Shown one piece after another: positions 58,370-64,000 of a stretch of 64,000 nt of DNA. The translations under genes and the position numbers were made by a program. The notes below the pieces were generated by a model. That model was not told where the DNA came from and made no database searches. It worked only from the letters and a program-made list of their open reading frames with translations. The stretch comes from Alphaproteobacteria bacterium (GTDB lineage Bacteria; Pseudomonadota; Alphaproteobacteria; SP197): the NCBI GenBank assembly GCA_965228895.1, contig OZ245842.1, positions 2,528,001-2,592,000 on the forward strand, in the 5' to 3' direction. How positions within the stretch are numbered: the stretch's first letter is position 1; each line of letters starts with the position of its first letter.

Positions 58370-59452
58370 TTACGCGGTGATGTCAGTGGCACCAACCTTG
58401 AGAGCGCGCGCCCAATTTGCATTGAGAATCGCGCCCGCGTGCCACGCTTTCCAGGCCATCGTCTCGATCTCGTCGTAGGGATCGGACGTACCACCGGAGC
58501 CCCGCATGTGATGGATGATGTCCACCACCGGCAGAGGATCACCGGCCATGTAAGCGCCAACGGTATGCTGCTGACCGAGGCCAACCGAACCGACCGCATC
58601 CATGCCGTAAATCGAGATGGTGTAGAGATCGATGTTGGTTGAGCCACGCAAACCAGTCGAACCCGTGGTGCCACCGGCACCGGCGTCCGTGGAAGCGTCC
58701 TCAGTCTGAAGGAACCGCAGCGCCTGACCCGCAAGCGAGTAGGTGCCAAACTCTCCCAGGCCCGTTTCCACCTGACCGGCGTACTTCTCAACGGAAGTGA
58801 AACCAGTCAGACCGGCCACGTCAGCCGCGACATGCGGATGACAAATGGCCCAGTAGGCGGGCAGGATCGGAGACGTTCCGATGTTCTGCGAGCCCGTGGT
58901 AAGGGGCGTGAAAGTCATCGCCGAATTGGTGTTCAGCGTCAGAATGACTTCCTTCAAGGCGTTGGCGGTGACAGCCGAAACGATAGCGCCGTCCGACGCA
59001 ACCGAGCCGACACGAACCACCGTGGCATTGTCCTCGATGACGTTACGCTGAAGCTGGTTCAGCGAACGGCCCGCAGAAATACCCAGCGTCTCGAAAAGCT
59101 TGTCCGACTGGCCGTTGAAGTTGAAGATGTCCACTTCCTCGTTGAGGATATAGAACTGTCCGTACTTCGCGAGCGTGGCCGTCACGTCGGTGAATGACGC
59201 AGCCGAAGAATCCCGGCCCTGCATGTAACTTGCAGCACCAGTCAACTCGGCAAGGGCCGTGGTTGTCGGAGTCAGGTTTTCGATACGCCGCCACTTGATG
59301 GTGGATGTACCGCCGTTCCGGGCGATAGATCCCGGCTGCGTGCCCATGAAGTAAGGGCAACGAGCCTTGGCGTTACGCAAAAGCGTCTGTTGAAAAATGA
59401 CGTTTACCGGCTTTTGCAGTTCGGTATCCGTCGCGGAAATAGTGAGTGCCAT
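58370..59452 (-). CDS. Major capsid protein, N4-gp56 family
   Basis: TIKWRR, L..YG, AICHP, E.G, DP..E...AWK motifs; position after the scaffold and before a strong terminator. Confidence 0.8.
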   Translation of the reverse strand: MALTISATDTELQKPVNVIFQQTLLRNAKARCPYFMGTQPGSIARNGGTSTIKWRRIENLTPTTTALAELTGAASYMQGRDSSAASFTDVTATLAKYGQFYILNEEVDIFNFNGQSDKLFETLGISAGRSLNQLQRNVIEDNATVVRVGSVASDGAIVSAVTANALKEVILTLNTNSAMTFTPLTTGSQNIGTSPILPAYWAICHPHVAADVAGLTGFTSVEKYAGQVETGLGEFGTYSLAGQALRFLQTEDASTDAGAGGTTGSTGLRGSTNIDLYTISIYGMDAVGSVGLGQQHTVGAYMAGDPLPVVDIIHHMRGSGGTSDPYDEIETMAWKAWHAGAILNANWARALKVGATDITA

Positions 59453-59477
59453 GGGCTACCTCGTAGTCGATGGCCTC

Positions 59478-60074
59478 CTAGAACCCTCCGTGCTTGAGTT
59501 TCCAATCGCGCAACTCTCTATCCGTCGCGTTCATGGCCCAGTCGTCGAAGTCCTTGTCTTTACCTGCGGAGGCCGGGGTTTGTGACGCCCGGACAGCAGA
59601 GGTAATGGCGTTCACGTCGGCAGTAGCCGCTTCGTCGGTGGGCTTGAGATCCTTGACGATATCCCTTGCCACCTTCGTTACGACTTTCTTGAAGCCGTCG
59701 GGATCCCGATAGCGCATCGCAAACGCGGTCCTGAAGGATTCGCTCTCACGAGCGTGAGCCTCCAAGGCAGCGCGGCGAATGCTTGTCGGGATGGGGACGG
59801 GGAGATCGTCGAAAACCTCGGAGGCCATATCGACAACCTCCGTAATGGCCTTCTCAACCGCCTCGTCCGCCCTACGTTGCTTCTCTTCCTTTGTGAACTT
59901 CGCCCACTCCTTAACGTCGTCCATCGTAACTTTGATGTCTTCGTCAGGAGCCCCTTTGTCCGGAGTTGAATCGTCGAATTGTTTCAAGAACTTTTCGACG
60001 TCCTGTGCGTCGTCAACCTCCGCGCCAGGCGCTGCCTGGGCATCAGTCTTATCGACCACGGCTTGCTCTACCAT
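59478..60074 (-). CDS. Putative scaffolding protein
   Basis: Acidic N-terminus, helical, immediately upstream of the MCP. Confidence 0.6.
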   Translation of the reverse strand: MVEQAVVDKTDAQAAPGAEVDDAQDVEKFLKQFDDSTPDKGAPDEDIKVTMDDVKEWAKFTKEEKQRRADEAVEKAITEVVDMASEVFDDLPVPIPTSIRRAALEAHARESESFRTAFAMRYRDPDGFKKVVTKVARDIVKDLKPTDEAATADVNAITSAVRASQTPASAGKDKDFDDWAMNATDRELRDWKLKHGGF

Positions 60075-60308
60075 TTACTCTTCCTCTGGGTTGATGAACA
60101 ACAGGGCCTTCCACCTCTTGTGCTGTTCCAGTCTCCCGTTAAAGAAAATGTACTCATCGAAAACCGCTTCACGCGGCCTGTCCTGTGAGGGCGCGTACGG
60201 CTTCAACTGCGGGGCCAGTGCCGCCGATATTTCCTGCCACTCCGGACGTCCCTTGAGCTCCCGCAGGAACTCCCGGGCCTCCGGTGTTAAAGAACTGATC
60301 GATGTCAA
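60075..60308 (-). CDS. Small phage protein overlapping the portal 3' end
   Basis: Likely TTG start after a purine-rich run. Stop abuts the scaffold ATG. Confidence 0.55.
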   Translation of the reverse strand: MTSISSLTPEAREFLRELKGRPEWQEISAALAPQLKPYAPSQDRPREAVFDEYIFFNGRLEQHKRWKALLFINPEEE

Positions 60309-62049
60309 TCCATCTTCCTTCCAAAAGGATCTGTCTCTGGATCGCTTCAATATCCATTGACGGCTGTTGGCCGAGTTGAACCTTCGACGCCTCCAGGGCC
60401 ACGGCCTGCTGCAGGGCCAGGAAGCGCGCTTGCATCTTTGTGGCCTGCTCTTCCGGCCCACCGGCACCGAAGACGTCCCACCTCACCAATTCGGGGAGGT
60501 GTTTCTGCTCTATCTCGACAAAACCACCGTAAGCGTCGATGTAGAAGGTACGTGTGCCCTTAAACTTGCGGCCCATCTCATATTGCATATCCATAAAGCG
60601 GGTAAGCGGGCCCTTGTTTGTCGAGCGCACGTAGTCAACCGTCCGCACAACACCTCTGTTGAGTTCTGCGTCTTTCGCAAAGGCGGTGGTGTGGGACTTG
60701 GTTTGTGCTCCCAGTCTCGGGAGGTTAACGCCTGTGACGTTGTGGTACTGGTTTATCGCCTCCAGATAGACGGAGAGCATGGTCTGCGGATCGCCGACGT
60801 CGAGAACCTGAATGTCGCCTATCGTCGGGTTCTGCGCGCCGGGGAACAGTCTGGGGCCGCCCTGAGCTTGGAAATACGGATCGTCGGATTCGTACCCGAT
60901 GGGCGGTTGGTTCTTCAGGGCAGCGGCATCCAGAAGACGATTCAGTGCATCCACCGCCGCCATCTGAAGAGGGCGGCCCTTCATTAAGGGAGAAGAAGGA
61001 TAGACGACAGCCTGATCCTCCCTGTGATACGGAAACTCCAGATAGCTTGAGAAGGGAAACTGCCTGATACGGAAGCGAACAACGGAACTTATGAGTTTCT
61101 TGTCCGACTTCCCGACCATCACCGTAACGATGGCCCCGGGAATGAAGAGTGAGCGCGATTCCCTTCTGGGAACCACCAAGTCACCCTCGTACTCAATGAG
61201 CTCAACCTGGTCGTCGTCTACATCCTTAAGCCCGGCGACCATCCAGCCACCGTTTGGATCGGACGCCTCTTTTGATCCCTTCTGAGCGGCCATAACGAGA
61301 TCGACGAACCTGATTTTTCTCCGGCTGACATCAGCGGGGCCGACAATGTGTCCTTCGTTCGCGAGGTTGTGCGCGGAGTTGTCGAGGTAGGTTTCCTTGA
61401 TGGAGCGCGGGAAGAGAATGGGTATCTGCTGCTCTTCCTTCACCACACCCCTCGCGGTGTTGATGAAGACCTTTTTCGTAGCCATGCGAACACGGCCTAT
61501 ACCGACTCCGTACTTGAACGCCTCCGCGTTGATGAGGTCGATGTTCCCCCAGAAGTCGTACTGCGCCATCTGGTGGGAGCAGAAGCCCTCAGCCAGCTTG
61601 TCAGCGGCGTCCTGGGTAATCTGGGACGGAACGTCATTCTCATCGCCTGCGACAATCGAGGCGAAGTCAGCCTTTCTCAAAAACTCGTCCGTCAAAGCCG
61701 AATGCCCGACAAACCACGGCCCGGAATCCGGGGACATCATGCGCCGCGCGTCAGCCGTTAGAACCTCCAGCGTCTGGGACTGCAACGGAAGCTCCATTGC
61801 CGCCATCCACTGCTTCTTGGGATCGTTGCGACCGACTTTGCCCTCAGCATCGACAAAGCGTTTGTGAGCGTCGTCCGGCTCCATCCGGAGCTGGCGATCT
61901 ATGTCGGACCAGTGCTGCTCTCTGAGCTTTCTGTCTTCCTTCCGCTTTTCCGCCTCCGCAAGGATGTACTCGGCGATCGCGGACCAGTCGTCGGGTGTGA
62001 TTTCGCGGTCCTTGGTTTTGCCGTCCGAGACTTCGGTGACTTCCGTCAT
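60169..62049 (-). CDS. Portal protein
   Basis: 626 aa, helical, AFKYG.G motif, located between terminase and scaffold. Confidence 0.75.
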   Translation of the reverse strand: MTEVTEVSDGKTKDREITPDDWSAIAEYILAEAEKRKEDRKLREQHWSDIDRQLRMEPDDAHKRFVDAEGKVGRNDPKKQWMAAMELPLQSQTLEVLTADARRMMSPDSGPWFVGHSALTDEFLRKADFASIVAGDENDVPSQITQDAADKLAEGFCSHQMAQYDFWGNIDLINAEAFKYGVGIGRVRMATKKVFINTARGVVKEEQQIPILFPRSIKETYLDNSAHNLANEGHIVGPADVSRRKIRFVDLVMAAQKGSKEASDPNGGWMVAGLKDVDDDQVELIEYEGDLVVPRRESRSLFIPGAIVTVMVGKSDKKLISSVVRFRIRQFPFSSYLEFPYHREDQAVVYPSSPLMKGRPLQMAAVDALNRLLDAAALKNQPPIGYESDDPYFQAQGGPRLFPGAQNPTIGDIQVLDVGDPQTMLSVYLEAINQYHNVTGVNLPRLGAQTKSHTTAFAKDAELNRGVVRTVDYVRSTNKGPLTRFMDMQYEMGRKFKGTRTFYIDAYGGFVEIEQKHLPELVRWDVFGAGGPEEQATKMQARFLALQQAVALEASKVQLGQQPSMDIEAIQRQILLEGRWIDIDQFFNTGGPGVPAGAQGTSGVAGNIGGTGPAVEAVRALTGQAA

Positions 62050-62381
62050 TTCGTCACCAGCCCGGACTCAATGGCGGCACTCATCCACTCGTACGCTTTC
62101 TCCAAGGACTTTGCCGTTCTTGCTGTCTGACGTGAGCCCAAGGGCATGTGGATGTCATGCATGGCGTCGAAGATGGACTGGCCGTAGGCTGTCGCCTTGC
62201 TGTCAACATGTGTCCAATACTGAACGTAGGCGCCGTACGGGAACTCGACAGGCGCAACCTCCGGGTCCTCTCCGGGCGAGACGAAGGCTTCGGAAATTAG
62301 CAACTCACCATAGGGAGTCGTTTCGCGGTGGATCTGGTGGCCCTTGCCCTCGAACGCCTTGATGATGTCTTCTTTTTTCAT
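62046..62381 (-). CDS. Hypothetical phage protein
   Basis: 111-aa ORF overlapping both neighbours by 4 nt. Confidence 0.65.
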   Translation of the reverse strand: MKKEDIIKAFEGKGHQIHRETTPYGELLISEAFVSPGEDPEVAPVEFPYGAYVQYWTHVDSKATAYGQSIFDAMHDIHMPLGSRQTARTAKSLEKAYEWMSAAIESGLVTK

Positions 62382-63775
62382 AGATGCATCCCAACGGAGG
62401 GCATGACCTCAATTTTTCTGTGATGTGGTTTTGTCTTCGCGTAGCGACGCATCATCACGGCGTAGAAGCACGCCTTCAAAACATCGTCCCGCTTGGCAAC
62501 GATCTTGCCGGAGTCGTCGCGGTGGTAGCTGCGGAACTCCTCGAAAAACTCCTTGCAGCTCTCAAAGACCTTGAACTGGCCCTGCTGCATCATGTTGATG
62601 ACGTCTTGAACCACCGGCTCGACAGCCTGCCTGCCGCCCGTCTTGTTGTCGTAACGCGCAGAGCGGGAGAGCATCTTGACGCCCTTCTCGACGTACTGGT
62701 GTCTCAGCTCTTTCCCCGAACCCTTGTCGTGCTGGTGGCCGTCATGCGGCCATGAAACGGGAGCCCACGAGTCAACGCGGTTGATAGCTTCCGCGTGTGT
62801 TGCGGCGTCCCCCCCGGTTTCCCGGTAGGAACGGGTGACGTAGATGATGTCTTTGTCTCTATCGATGGCCAGATCACACAGCCCGAAAGGATGGCCGTAA
62901 CCGAAGTCGATGCCCTTGATCTTCGCAAAGTGCGGGGGGATCGGCATGACGGAAACCTTGATGTCTTCCTCGGAGAAGGGGAACACCCTGCCCTGTCCCA
63001 TCATTGGGACACCCAGAGTCCGGGCCTCAACCTCATAGTCCGGATAGGACTGCTTCAGCTCGTTCTTGTCGTCTTCATCCAAGTGAGGCGCGTCGTCCCA
63101 AGTCGCTGTTACAAGCTGCGTACCCCGTAAGCCTTCCTGGAAGTGGAGAACCAGGTCCGTCACACCCAATAGAGGTGTGAACGTCACCATTATCGTGCCC
63201 TTGGATGTCAGGATTCGTGTGAGGGCTTCGGTGTAAATCTTGTAGTCGTCGGGCTCCTCATCCAACCACACAACGATGGGCGCGGTGCCCTGCCACTTCT
63301 GCCAACCCTGATCGTATGTCTTGAAAACAATCGTTGAGGTGCCGCGCCTGTGCTTGACTTTAACTGTGTCAACAACGTCCGACACGCCAGCCTGGCGCAT
63401 CTTCGGTTTGCCTTTGATCTTGGACTTTGGGATGAAGCCGGTTCCCAGCTCCTCACCAATTCCCCCAATCAAGGCCCTTTGTGTAATGTCACGTGAGGAC
63501 TCCGATGTAACCGAGCCAACCCATATCAGGCCGGGTTTATCGAACCTCTTTCCTTCCCACCAGTCCGGGTATTCGCCGGTTGCGTGCATGGCGACTTCAG
63601 CGGCGGCGCATTGGGTTTTGCCAACCCGGTTTGCCGCCATGACCATCCGTTCCCGAACATCGGTGTGATGGGCTTTCTGGAAGGGATAGGGCTCATAAAA
63701 CTCCAAGGCGTTCTCAGACAGAAAGGCGTCAACCTTGTTGAAAAACTCGGCTGTCAGGGCCTCTAGGTTGTCCAC
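62378..63775 (-). CDS. terL: Terminase large subunit
   Basis: Walker A AANRVGKT, Walker B WLDEEP, TFTP, nuclease GIDFG, WPHD, DD. Confidence 0.92.
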   Translation of the reverse strand: MDNLEALTAEFFNKVDAFLSENALEFYEPYPFQKAHHTDVRERMVMAANRVGKTQCAAAEVAMHATGEYPDWWEGKRFDKPGLIWVGSVTSESSRDITQRALIGGIGEELGTGFIPKSKIKGKPKMRQAGVSDVVDTVKVKHRRGTSTIVFKTYDQGWQKWQGTAPIVVWLDEEPDDYKIYTEALTRILTSKGTIMVTFTPLLGVTDLVLHFQEGLRGTQLVTATWDDAPHLDEDDKNELKQSYPDYEVEARTLGVPMMGQGRVFPFSEEDIKVSVMPIPPHFAKIKGIDFGYGHPFGLCDLAIDRDKDIIYVTRSYRETGGDAATHAEAINRVDSWAPVSWPHDGHQHDKGSGKELRHQYVEKGVKMLSRSARYDNKTGGRQAVEPVVQDVINMMQQGQFKVFESCKEFFEEFRSYHRDDSGKIVAKRDDVLKACFYAVMMRRYAKTKPHHRKIEVMPSVGMHL

Positions 63776-64000
63776 TCTCTAGCCCTCCCTGACAAAAACC
63801 TGACTCTGCCGTTGAAAACCTGCTTGCAGGCATTCTCCCAGATGGACTCCTTGGCCTCCCGGTTGAAGTTCGTCCAAGCGGGCTTCTCTCCGTATTTCAA
63901 AAGAGAACTCTCATCGGGCGGGTCGAAGTAGTGCCCGCTGTCGTCTAACGGCATGCCTGCGACGGTGACGGACTCGTAACCCAACCCAAGCGCTGTATAG
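63763..64000 (-). CDS. Partial ORF (5' end outside the window), resembles GT29/MAF(DUF115)-like C-terminus
   Basis: Reads YTALGLGYESVTVAGMPLDDSGHYFD...W...V.FLSG, open to the window edge. Confidence 0.45.
   Translation of the reverse strand, partial: YTALGLGYESVTVAGMPLDDSGHYFDPPDESSLLKYGEKPAWTNFNREAKESIWENACKQVFNGRVRFLSGRAREWTT

Larger units (their letters stand above)
45535..64000 (-). mobile_element. Integrated podovirus-like prophage (late region), continues beyond the window
   Basis: att at the tRNA fragment, co-oriented terminase/portal/capsid/tail/lysis genes, and visibly lower GC than the flanking chromosome. Confidence 0.92.

Overview
The left ~45.5 kb is chromosome of a high-GC bacterium whose gene content looks alphaproteobacterial. 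It carries catabolic and peptidase genes, a multi-PAS histidine kinase / receiver / receiver-cyclase module, and a DUF4129-DUF4350-MoxR-DUF58-SpoIIM-RDD cluster. At 45535-45585 lies the displaced 3' half of a tRNA-Glu(TTC) gene, with an inverted-repeat core typical of a tyrosine-integrase att site. From there to the window end runs the late region of an integrated podovirus-like prophage on the minus strand: terminase, portal, scaffold, N4-gp56-type capsid, P22-like tail and ejection genes, tail fibre and lysis genes. The most striking host locus is a translationally coupled three-gene RNA-modification operon at 1762-4357. It encodes RsmI (16S C1402 2'-O-methyltransferase), a divergent TGT paralog that lacks all four zinc ligands and has an altered base pocket, and an Rmt/ArmA-family 16S G1405 N7-methyltransferase. 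All calls rest on motif recognition by eye; no database searches were run.
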